Shown: positions 18,726 to 26,574 of the stretch, in pieces | Position numbering within the stretch: position 1 is the first letter of the stretch | Layout: the number at the start of each line of letters is the position of its first letter | NCBI GenBank assembly: GCA_964652625.1 | Contig: CAZZEL010000001.1 | Location: 23,813 to 87,812 of the forward strand | Direction: 5' to 3' | Source: an uncultured Gemmatimonadaceae bacterium | Lineage (GTDB): Bacteria > Gemmatimonadota > Gemmatimonadetes > Longimicrobiales > Gaopeijiaceae | Length of the DNA: 64,000 nucleotides | Translations under genes and position numbers: made by a program | Notes under the pieces: model-generated | What the model saw: only the letters and a program-made list of their open reading frames with translations | What the model was told of the DNA's origin: nothing | The model's database searches: none

Positions 18726-21700
18726 CGGCTCATCTCGTAGTAGAGGAGAGGAATGGCGATCAACGTCAGTACGGTGGCCACCAGAGCTCCGCTGATGAGG
18801 GCGATGCCCAGGCCCTCGAAGATGGGATCCCGGACCATGACCAGGCCCCCGATGACCACGGCCAGAGCCGTGAGGATGATGGGACGGGCCCGGATGAGGC
18901 CCGAGGCGATAACCGCCTTCCGCAGGGAGTTGCCCCGCTCCAGACCCAGCTCCACGAAGTCCACCAGGAGGATGGAGTTCCGGACGATGATCCCCGCCAG
19001 GGCGATCATCCCGATCATGGAGGTGGCGGTGAAGAACGCCCCCGTCAGGCTGTGGGCCGGGAGGATCCCGATGAGGGTCAGGGGAATGGGGGCCATGATG
19101 ACCAGGGGCACCGTGAAGGACTGGAACCAGGCCACCACCAGGACATAGATGAGGATCAGCACCGCCCCGAAGGCGATTCCCAGATCCCGAAACACTTCCA
19201 GGGTGATCTGCCACTCACCGTCCCACTTCAGGAAGGGCTCCTCGGTGAGGGTGGGGGAGGCGGCCCAGTACGTCTCCATCTCCGGCACCGCGGCCTCCAG
19301 GGAGTCGGCCATCTCGATCATGGCGTAGGCCGGGCTCTCCAGGGCTCCGGCCACATCGGCGGTGACGTAGACCACGGGCCGGAGATTCTTGTGGAAGATG
19401 GGCTGGTGGGCCCGGGCGGAGTCCACCTCCGCCAGGGTCTCCAGTCGCCGGGCACCTCGTGGAGTGGCCACGGGCAGCCCTTCCACGTCGAAGGCCGTGG
19501 CGCTGGCCGAGTCCGCCACCTGGAGGCGGATGGGCACCGGCTCCGCGGCCTCGGGATCGTGGAGGAGGCCCACCTGGGCCCCGCCCAGGGATGCGGCGAT
19601 GGACTGGGCGATCTGCTCCGGATTCGTCCCGGCCCGGAGGGCCTCGGCCTGGGAGACGGCGGCGTGGACCTCCACGTGCTCCGCCTCCGCCGTCCAGTCC
19701 ACGTCCACCACGCCGTCATGGGTCTCGAAGACCTCCTTCACCCGCTCCGCCAGCTCGATCTGCTCCTGGTAGTCCGGGCCGTAGATCTCCGCTGTGAGGG
19801 TGGCCATGACCGGGGGACCCGGGGGAATCTCCGCCAGCTTCACCGAGGCACCGTAGGCCCGGGCCACCGAGTCCACCGCCGGACGCATGCGCACGGCGAT
19901 GGCGTGGCTCCGCTCCGACCGGTGATGCTTGGCCACCAGGTTCACCTGCACGTCGGCCACCGTGGGCCCCTGCCGGAGGAAGTAGTGGCGAACCAGGCCG
20001 TTGAAGTTGAAGGGTGCCGCCACACCGGCATACGTCTGCACGTCGCTCACGGCGTGGTCCCGGGCCACCACCAGGGCCAGGGCCTGGGCCACCTCGGCGG
20101 TGCGCTCCAGGGACGTGCCCTCGGGCATGTCCACGATGAGCTGGAACTCGCTCTTGTTGTCGAAGGGGAGCATCTTCACCGTGACCAGGCGCAGGGGCAC
20201 CAGGGCCACGGAGCCCAGGAGGAGAAGAACCATCACACCGTAGGTGAGGCGCCGCTGCAGGGGCTTGTCCAGGAGATGCTCCATGAAGCCCTGGTACCAT
20301 CGGGCCAGGCGCCCGGTGGGGAGGGCCTCGTCCGCCGTCTCCACCGGCTCGCCGGAGGGCGGGGGCTCCTCTTCCCCTTCCCCGCCCTCTCTCACCAGGC
20401 GCACCGCGAGGTAGGGAGTGACGATGAAGGCCACGGCCAGGCTGAAGAGCATGGCCACGGAGGCCCCCACGGGAATGGGCCGCATGTAGGGCCCCATGAG
20501 GCCCGAGACGAAGGCCATGGGAAGGATGGCGGCGATGACGGTGAAGGTGGCCAGGATGGTGGGATTGCCCACCTCGTCCACGGCCAGGACCGCCGCCTCG
20601 TCCGGGTGCCGTAGCTTCATGTGGAGGTGTCGAGCGATGTTCTCCACCACCACGATGGCGTCGTCCACCAGGATTCCGATGGCGAAGACCAGGGCGAAGA
20701 GGGTGATCCGGTTCAGGGTGTAGCCGTAGAGATGGTAGACCAGGAGGGTCAGGGCCAGGGTCACGGGGACGGCCACCAGGACCACCACCGCTTCCCGCCA
20801 GCCCAGGGAGAACCAGACCAGGAGGACCACGCCGAAGGTGGCCACCAGGATGTGGATGAGGAGCTCGCGGCTCTTCTCCGTGGCCGTCTCCCCGTAGTTC
20901 CGGGTCACGGTGACTCGAACATCCTCCGACACCACCTCACCCCGGAGCTCCGCCGTCCTCTCGATGGCCCGATCCGCGATGGTGGCGGCGTTCGTGCCTT
21001 CCCGCTTGGCCAGGGCAATGGTCACGGCGGGCTCGAAGTCGGCGCCGCTGCCCCCACCGGGGAGGAAGGCCACGTACTGGTCCGGCTTGGCCGGCCCGTC
21101 CTGGATGGTAGCCACGTCACGGAGCCTCACGGCCCGGTCGTCCACCACCGCCACCACCACATCCCGGACATCCTCGGCGCTGCGCAGGAGGTGACCGATG
21201 CGCACGGGCACGCTGCGGTTCCCGGCCACCAGGTCCCCGGCGGGCAGATCGGCGTTGGCGGCGCCCAGGGCCTGGAAGACGGCTCCGCCGGATAGACCCC
21301 GGGCTGCCAGGGCCTGGGGATCCAGGGTGACGGAGACCTCACGGGGCGCGCCACCGATGACCCAGCTCTCCGCCACGTCCGGGAGCCGCTTCAGCTCTCC
21401 CACCAGCTCCAGGGCCTGTTGCCGGAGGAGGTAGCCGTCCCCGGGATCGCTGCCCCCGGAGAGGGTCAGGGTAAGGATGGGAACCTTGTTGATGCCGTGG
21501 AGGGTGACGAAGGGAGGCGTGGCTCCCGGAGGCGTCTGGTCCATGTTGGCCATGAGCTTCCCGTACAACCGGGTCAGAGCCAGCTCCGGCTCCGTGCCCA
21601 CCTTGAACCGGGCTGTCACCAGGGCCCCGTCGGACTGGGCAGTGCTGTAGACGTACTCCACATCCTTCACTTCCCAGATGGCCCGCTCCAGGGGCTCCAC

Positions 21701-21904
21701 CAGACGGTGCTCCACCTCCCTGGGCGTGGCTCCCGGAAGTCCCACGGCCACGTCGATCATGGGGACCCGGATCTGGGGCTCCTCTTCCCGTGGGGTGTTC
21801 ATCACGGCCCCGATACCCAGGACCAGGGAGAACGCCGTGAGAAGAGGCGTCAGCTTGGAGTTGAGGAACCGCTGGGCGATTCCTCCAGAGATGCCGGTCT
21901 TCAT
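18722..21904 (-). CDS. Efflux RND transporter permease subunit (AcrB/CzcA superfamily)
   Basis: 1060-aa ORF with 12-TM RND architecture and two large periplasmic loops. ATGA overlaps at both ends. Confidence 0.9.
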   Translation of the reverse strand: MKTGISGGIAQRFLNSKLTPLLTAFSLVLGIGAVMNTPREEEPQIRVPMIDVAVGLPGATPREVEHRLVEPLERAIWEVKDVEYVYSTAQSDGALVTARFKVGTEPELALTRLYGKLMANMDQTPPGATPPFVTLHGINKVPILTLTLSGGSDPGDGYLLRQQALELVGELKRLPDVAESWVIGGAPREVSVTLDPQALAARGLSGGAVFQALGAANADLPAGDLVAGNRSVPVRIGHLLRSAEDVRDVVVAVVDDRAVRLRDVATIQDGPAKPDQYVAFLPGGGSGADFEPAVTIALAKREGTNAATIADRAIERTAELRGEVVSEDVRVTVTRNYGETATEKSRELLIHILVATFGVVLLVWFSLGWREAVVVLVAVPVTLALTLLVYHLYGYTLNRITLFALVFAIGILVDDAIVVVENIARHLHMKLRHPDEAAVLAVDEVGNPTILATFTVIAAILPMAFVSGLMGPYMRPIPVGASVAMLFSLAVAFIVTPYLAVRLVREGGEGEEEPPPSGEPVETADEALPTGRLARWYQGFMEHLLDKPLQRRLTYGVMVLLLLGSVALVPLRLVTVKMLPFDNKSEFQLIVDMPEGTSLERTAEVAQALALVVARDHAVSDVQTYAGVAAPFNFNGLVRHYFLRQGPTVADVQVNLVAKHHRSERSHAIAVRMRPAVDSVARAYGASVKLAEIPPGPPVMATLTAEIYGPDYQEQIELAERVKEVFETHDGVVDVDWTAEAEHVEVHAAVSQAEALRAGTNPEQIAQSIAASLGGAQVGLLHDPEAAEPVPIRLQVADSASATAFDVEGLPVATPRGARRLETLAEVDSARAHQPIFHKNLRPVVYVTADVAGALESPAYAMIEMADSLEAAVPEMETYWAASPTLTEEPFLKWDGEWQITLEVFRDLGIAFGAVLILIYVLVVAWFQSFTVPLVIMAPIPLTLIGILPAHSLTGAFFTATSMIGMIALAGIIVRNSILLVDFVELGLERGNSLRKAVIASGLIRARPIILTALAVVIGGLVMVRDPIFEGLGIALISGALVATVLTLIAIPLLYYEMSR

Positions 21905-22905
21905 AGGATGATCTCGTCTCCCTCGTTGAGGCCGCTCAGCACCTGTACTCGATCTCCGTCACGCAGCGTGCGGCCCAGGCGGATCCACCGAAGAGAGGGA
22001 CCCTCGGGGGTTGCCACCCGGACGCCGGTGAGCTGTCCCCGGCGAACCACGGCAGAGGAGGGAACGGTGATGGCCTGGATGGTCCCCGCGGGGATCTGGG
22101 CGGAGACGCTGACTCCCGTGGGCCAATCCCCGGGAAGGGTCACTCGGGCCTCCACCGTCTTGGACATGGGGTCCGCTCCGGAGGCCACGGCTCGGACCGG
22201 AGCCCGGGCGGATCGTCCGGTGAGGGTGGTGACCTGGACCGTGTCCCCGGACGCCAGCTCCTGGGCAACGTCCACGGGGACCGCCAGGCGGGCTTCCCGA
22301 GGACCGGCTTCCTCCACCACCAGGAGGGGGCGACCCGGAGCCGCCACGTCACCCACGTCGATGTAGCGGCTCACCACCTCACCGGCGAAGGGCGCCCGGA
22401 TGGAGGCGTAGCTGGCCGCCGTCTCCACCTCCTGGAGGGTGGCCTGGGCCATGGCGAGCTGGGACTCGGCCTGGGTGAGCTGGAGCCGGGCCTGGTCCCG
22501 CTGCACCTTGGCCACCACGTCCTGGGCATAAAGGGTGTCCATGCGCCGGGCGTGCCGCTCGGCTTCGTCCCGGGCCGCCCGGGCCACCCTCACGGCGGCC
22601 TCGGCCTTGGTCCGGTTGGCCGCCACGTCTTCCGTGCCCAGGCGGAGGAGAACCTCACCGGCTTCCACCCGGCTTCCCACGTCGGCTCTCAACTCCGTGA
22701 CCCGGGCCATCATCCGGGTGGTAATCTCCGCCCGGTTTCGGGAGAACACGGTGCCCTCCACGCTCACCTGGAGGGGGATGGACTCGACCCGGACAGGCAC
22801 CCCGTCCTGGGCCGGTGTCCGGGCCTGGGCCTCCTCCGCGTGGTGGGAATCCCCACACGCGGCCACGGCGGCCGCCAACCCGAGGATCGCGAATACAGGT
22901 CTCAT
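21901..22905 (-). CDS. Efflux RND periplasmic adaptor subunit
   Basis: ATG at 22905 overlaps the TolC stop (ATGA). Lipobox AAVAACG. Coiled-coil hairpin and barrel-sandwich motifs (IRAPFAGEVVSRYIDVGD). Confidence 0.85.
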   Translation of the reverse strand: MRPVFAILGLAAAVAACGDSHHAEEAQARTPAQDGVPVRVESIPLQVSVEGTVFSRNRAEITTRMMARVTELRADVGSRVEAGEVLLRLGTEDVAANRTKAEAAVRVARAARDEAERHARRMDTLYAQDVVAKVQRDQARLQLTQAESQLAMAQATLQEVETAASYASIRAPFAGEVVSRYIDVGDVAAPGRPLLVVEEAGPREARLAVPVDVAQELASGDTVQVTTLTGRSARAPVRAVASGADPMSKTVEARVTLPGDWPTGVSVSAQIPAGTIQAITVPSSAVVRRGQLTGVRVATPEGPSLRWIRLGRTLRDGDRVQVLSGLNEGDEIIL

Positions 22906-24323
22906 CGGTCGTACACTCCGTATGCAAGGTCCAGGGCCGCATGGGCCACAAAGAGGTCTCGTCGCGCGGCCAGCTCGGACAGGGTCGCCTGAGTCGCCGC
23001 CGCCTGAACGTCCAACAGCTCGGTGATGGGGGCCGCCCCGGTTCGGTACCGGAGGCGGGCCTGCTCCAGGGCCGCTCGGGACTCCTGGGCTGCCCGGGCG
23101 GCCACGTCGGCCCGCTCCCTCGCCGCTTCCAGCATCCGGGAAGCCTGGAGCACCTCCACCTCGGCCTGACGGTAGGCCGCCTCCCAGCGGGCCCGGGCCG
23201 CGTCCCGCTCCGCCTTCGCCGCCCGGACCTCCCCTACGCCGGAGAGGCCCTGGAAGGGATTCCAGCTCAGCCCGATGCCGATGGTCCAGTCCCCGCTTCC
23301 CCCGTCGAAGGGGGCGTCCTGAGCGTAGTGGCCCAGGGCCCCGAAGGCCGCCAGAGAGGGAAGCTGGGAGGCCCACGCCTTCTTCACACCGTCCTCCGTG
23401 GCCTCCACGCCCAGCTCGAAGGCCCGGAGATCGCTCCGGTCCTGGAAGGAGCAGGCCTCCGACACCTCCGCCCCTTCCACCACGTCCACACAGGGGGAGG
23501 GTCGGAGGGGATCGGTGAGGTCGTCGGTGAGGACGATGTCCTGGGAGTCGGGGAGGGCCAGGATGGCCCGGAGCCCCGAGAGGGCATTCTCGGCCTGGGC
23601 CCGGGCGGCCAGGCGCTGCACCTCGATCTCCGAGGCCTTCAGGCCCGCCAACCGGGCGTCCAGGCTGGTTACCAGGCCTTCGGTGTGCATGGCCTCGGCC
23701 CGGCGCACATGGGACCGGACCGCCAGGAGGGCCGTGTCCAGGGCCGCCACCCTGCGAGCGGCCAGGCGGGCATCCCAGTAGGCCCGGGTGGCGAAGAAAC
23801 GGGTGGCTTCCGCAGCTCGTTGGGCCCCGGCGGCCTCGGCCCGGGCAGCCTTACGAGCCTGGGCGAAACCGTACAGGCCCTCCGGCGCCAGGAGGGGAAG
23901 CTGGACCGAAGCCGACGCGTTGTAACCCGAGTAGGGGTCCGGCCGATTCAGGGCATCCAGGGCCAGATCCGACTGGGCGAAGTTCTCCTGCCGGAGCTTC
24001 AAGCCGAACACGGCCACCGGATCGGTGGTCCGCATACCCTGGAGCCCCAGCGTCACGGAGGGGAGAAAGGCCTGACTGGCCTTCAGGGGAAGCTGGGCCC
24101 GGGCCTCGGCGTTGGCCCGTTGGGCCCGGAGGTCCGGGTTCTCCTCCAGGGCCTGCCGGACGGCCTCATCCAGGGAGAGCCGGAGGGGCTCCTCCTGCCA
24201 GGCCCCCTGCGCCTCCGGGTTTCGGAGGTCCCGCCCCTGGAGGAACGTCAGGGTATCCGGGGGAACATCCCCTCCGGATCCCAGCCCCAGTCCCAGTGCG
24301 AATAGCGCTATAGTGATGTTCAT
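22902..24323 (-). CDS. TolC-family outer-membrane efflux protein
   Basis: 473-aa ORF with a signal peptide and duplicated OMF repeat (LSLDEAVRQALEENPDLRAQ..., ...ELLDVQAAATQA). Confidence 0.85.
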   Translation of the reverse strand: MNITIALFALGLGLGSGGDVPPDTLTFLQGRDLRNPEAQGAWQEEPLRLSLDEAVRQALEENPDLRAQRANAEARAQLPLKASQAFLPSVTLGLQGMRTTDPVAVFGLKLRQENFAQSDLALDALNRPDPYSGYNASASVQLPLLAPEGLYGFAQARKAARAEAAGAQRAAEATRFFATRAYWDARLAARRVAALDTALLAVRSHVRRAEAMHTEGLVTSLDARLAGLKASEIEVQRLAARAQAENALSGLRAILALPDSQDIVLTDDLTDPLRPSPCVDVVEGAEVSEACSFQDRSDLRAFELGVEATEDGVKKAWASQLPSLAAFGALGHYAQDAPFDGGSGDWTIGIGLSWNPFQGLSGVGEVRAAKAERDAARARWEAAYRQAEVEVLQASRMLEAARERADVAARAAQESRAALEQARLRYRTGAAPITELLDVQAAATQATLSELAARRDLFVAHAALDLAYGVYDR

Positions 24324-24409
24324 ATGCCTCGCCCAGAAAAAAGAGGTTTCCGCTCTTCAGCCCGTGGTCCCGGGCCTTCATTCCGACTGGTCCCGACTCG
24401 TCCTCAACC

Positions 24410-24754
24410 TCAGAGGTCACAGTGCCGGATGCAGTGGAGGATGTGCTCCACCTTGGGTTCCAGGATCCGGTAGTAAACATGGATCCCGTCCCTCCGGGGC
24501 GCCACAATGTCCCATCCCCGCATCTTGGCCAGGTGCTGGGACACGATGGCCTGGGGCAGATCCAGGATCTCCTGGATCTCGCTCACCGATTTCTCGCCGT
24601 CCTCCAGAACCTCCACGATTCGAAGGCGATCCGGGTGACCCAGAACCTTGATGACATCCGCCGTCTGGTTGAGGATCTCCGGATCGATGGACCGGATCAG
24701 CCGGCCCCCTTCTCTGGCTCCGAGCTTCTGGTTCTTCGTCGTCTCGCTACCCAT
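24410..24754 (-). CDS. ArsR/SmtB-family metalloregulatory transcription factor
   Basis: wHTH core LGHPDRLRIVEVL...SVSEIQEILDLPQAIVSQHLAKM. No alpha3 CxC motif. C-terminal His/Cys cluster EHILHCIRHCDL. Confidence 0.9.
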   Translation of the reverse strand: MGSETTKNQKLGAREGGRLIRSIDPEILNQTADVIKVLGHPDRLRIVEVLEDGEKSVSEIQEILDLPQAIVSQHLAKMRGWDIVAPRRDGIHVYYRILEPKVEHILHCIRHCDL

Positions 24755-24797
24755 CTCACGACCCTGGAATGGCCCCGTTCTCCGAAAATGTTCGCAT

Positions 24798-24826
24798 AGG
24801 ATAATAGGGATACTTCAATGTGTCAA
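24798..24826 (-). promoter_or_regulatory. Candidate sigma70 promoter of the ArsR-RND operon
   Basis: The minus strand reads TTGACA (24826..24821), a 17-nt spacer, then TATCCT (24803..24798), about 45 nt upstream of the arsR-like ATG, in an AT-rich patch. Confidence 0.4.
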
Positions 24827-24912
24827 TACCCCGTTCGCCGAAACCGATAGAGGTGGACCGAGAGGGACAGAGAAGAGAGGTCAGCCCGGGGCCTGGGAGG
24901 CCCATCAGCCTC

Positions 24913-26160
24913 CTACGAAGCCGCCACGTTCATCCCGGCCATGAGCTCCCGGAAGCGAGCCTGGAAGAAGAACTCCCGGGCGGCTCCCGCCGGCTCCAGG
25001 TCGTCCAGCCAGGCCGCGTCGGGATCGAAGCGGGCGAAGAAGGGGCGACCCACCCAGGAGGGATCCCGGGCCTGGAGGAACTTCAGCACGAAGGCCTGCT
25101 CCCCGGTCACCCGGGTCACCCCGTCCACCAGCACCTTCCCCGGCGTGGCGGACATGACGGGTCCCCGGACCGTGCGCCCCAGGCCGGAGACGGCCCGGTA
25201 GGCCTCGTTGAAGATGCTCAGGGCCCGGTGCAGGGGGATCTTGAAGTAGTGCTGGGCCCCGGTGTCCCGGGCCAGGAAGGTGTAGTAGGGCACCACACCC
25301 AATCCAACCTGGGTCCGCCAGAGCTCGCTCCAAACCTCCGGGCTGTCGTTCACGCCCCGGACCATGGGGGACTGGCTCCGGATCACCGCTCCGGTGTCCC
25401 GGATCCTCCGGACGGCCTCCCGGGCAGTGGCCGTCTCCAGCTCCCGGGGATGGCTGTAGTGGGCCATGATGGCCAGGTGCTTGCCCGAGTCCACGATCTC
25501 TGCGAAAAACCGGAGAAGCTCGTCCGCGTCCGGATCCGTTGTGAACCGGTAGGGCCAGAAGGTGGTGGCCTTGGTTCCGATCCGGAGGCTCCGGACGTGC
25601 TCCAGGGAGGGATCCAGGAGGGGCTCCAGGTACTCCCGGAGCAGGGAGGCCGACATGACCAGGGGGTCTCCCCCCGTGACCAGGACGTTCGTGACCTCCG
25701 GGTGGTTCTTCAGGTACCGGACCAGGGTCCGGGTCTCCCGACCTTCGAACCGGAAGTCGTCGGGAGAGGAGAATTGGGCCCAGCGGAAGCAGTAGGTGCA
25801 GTGACTGTGGCAGGTCTGTCCCGCGGCGGGAAAGAAGAGGACCGTTTCCCGGTACTTGTGCTGGATCCCCTCCAGGCGGTTCCCCTCGAACCAGGGTACG
25901 TTCAGCTTCTTCTGCCCCGCCGGGTAGGCGTTGAGGGAACGCTGGATCCCGCGGGCCCGCCGGACGACCTCCTCCTCCGGGGCGTCCCGGGCCACCACCC
26001 TCCTCATCTCCTCCAGGTGCTCCTTCCTCAGCATTCCGGGCTGGGGAAACACCAGACGGTAGATGGGATCGTCCGGGACGGCATCCCAGTCGATGAGATC
26101 CTCGATGACGTACCCGTTCACCCGGAAGGGGAGAACGGCCGAGACGGCCTTCATGGTCAC
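24913..26160 (-). CDS. KamA-family radical SAM protein (lysine 2,3-aminomutase-like)
   Basis: CxxxCxxC cluster motif CHSHCTYC, PLP-region-like GTKATTF, and family-typical LVTGGDPLV and VPYYTF. The annotated start is GTG 26160 / ATG 26154. The frame stays open and family-like up to 26256, so the true start may be further upstream (see finding). Confidence 0.85.
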   Translation of the reverse strand: MTMKAVSAVLPFRVNGYVIEDLIDWDAVPDDPIYRLVFPQPGMLRKEHLEEMRRVVARDAPEEEVVRRARGIQRSLNAYPAGQKKLNVPWFEGNRLEGIQHKYRETVLFFPAAGQTCHSHCTYCFRWAQFSSPDDFRFEGRETRTLVRYLKNHPEVTNVLVTGGDPLVMSASLLREYLEPLLDPSLEHVRSLRIGTKATTFWPYRFTTDPDADELLRFFAEIVDSGKHLAIMAHYSHPRELETATAREAVRRIRDTGAVIRSQSPMVRGVNDSPEVWSELWRTQVGLGVVPYYTFLARDTGAQHYFKIPLHRALSIFNEAYRAVSGLGRTVRGPVMSATPGKVLVDGVTRVTGEQAFVLKFLQARDPSWVGRPFFARFDPDAAWLDDLEPAGAAREFFFQARFRELMAGMNVAAS

Positions 26161-26574
26161 CCGTTCCGCCCGGGAGAGATGCTTCAGCTCCTCCAGGGTG
26201 TCGATGTCGACGCGGGTGAAGAAACGACGCTTCCGCCCATTCTGAGGAATAGGGGATCACCTCCCAGCCACGTTCAGTTGTATCGCTTATGCAGAGTGCC
26301 TGCGGTGGGCTTGTTTCCGTTGGAACGTCCTGGAAGCAGCCCGCCCATCGCCCGCCACCACCACTGGCCCGAGGTCTCAACCTATGGCTTCATACCCGAA
26401 AACGCCAACCAAAGTGCCCCGGTCGTGTTCTCTGGTTACATATTTTCCTTGACCCCCCCGGCCGCAGGGTGGCAGGCTTCCCGTTCGAGTCCTACACTCA
26501 GGGCATTCGTTTTCCCCCGATTCGTCCTCCGGGGACGGACCGGAGAGCCACCTGAATACCATGGAGGGTGGGGG

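Noticed and set aside
24820-26574. 585-codon N-terminal extension of track ORF 24820..28494
   Set aside because: It is antisense to the KamA-family gene and R/G/P-rich. The M14 similarity, including a signal peptide, starts only at the ATG at 26575.
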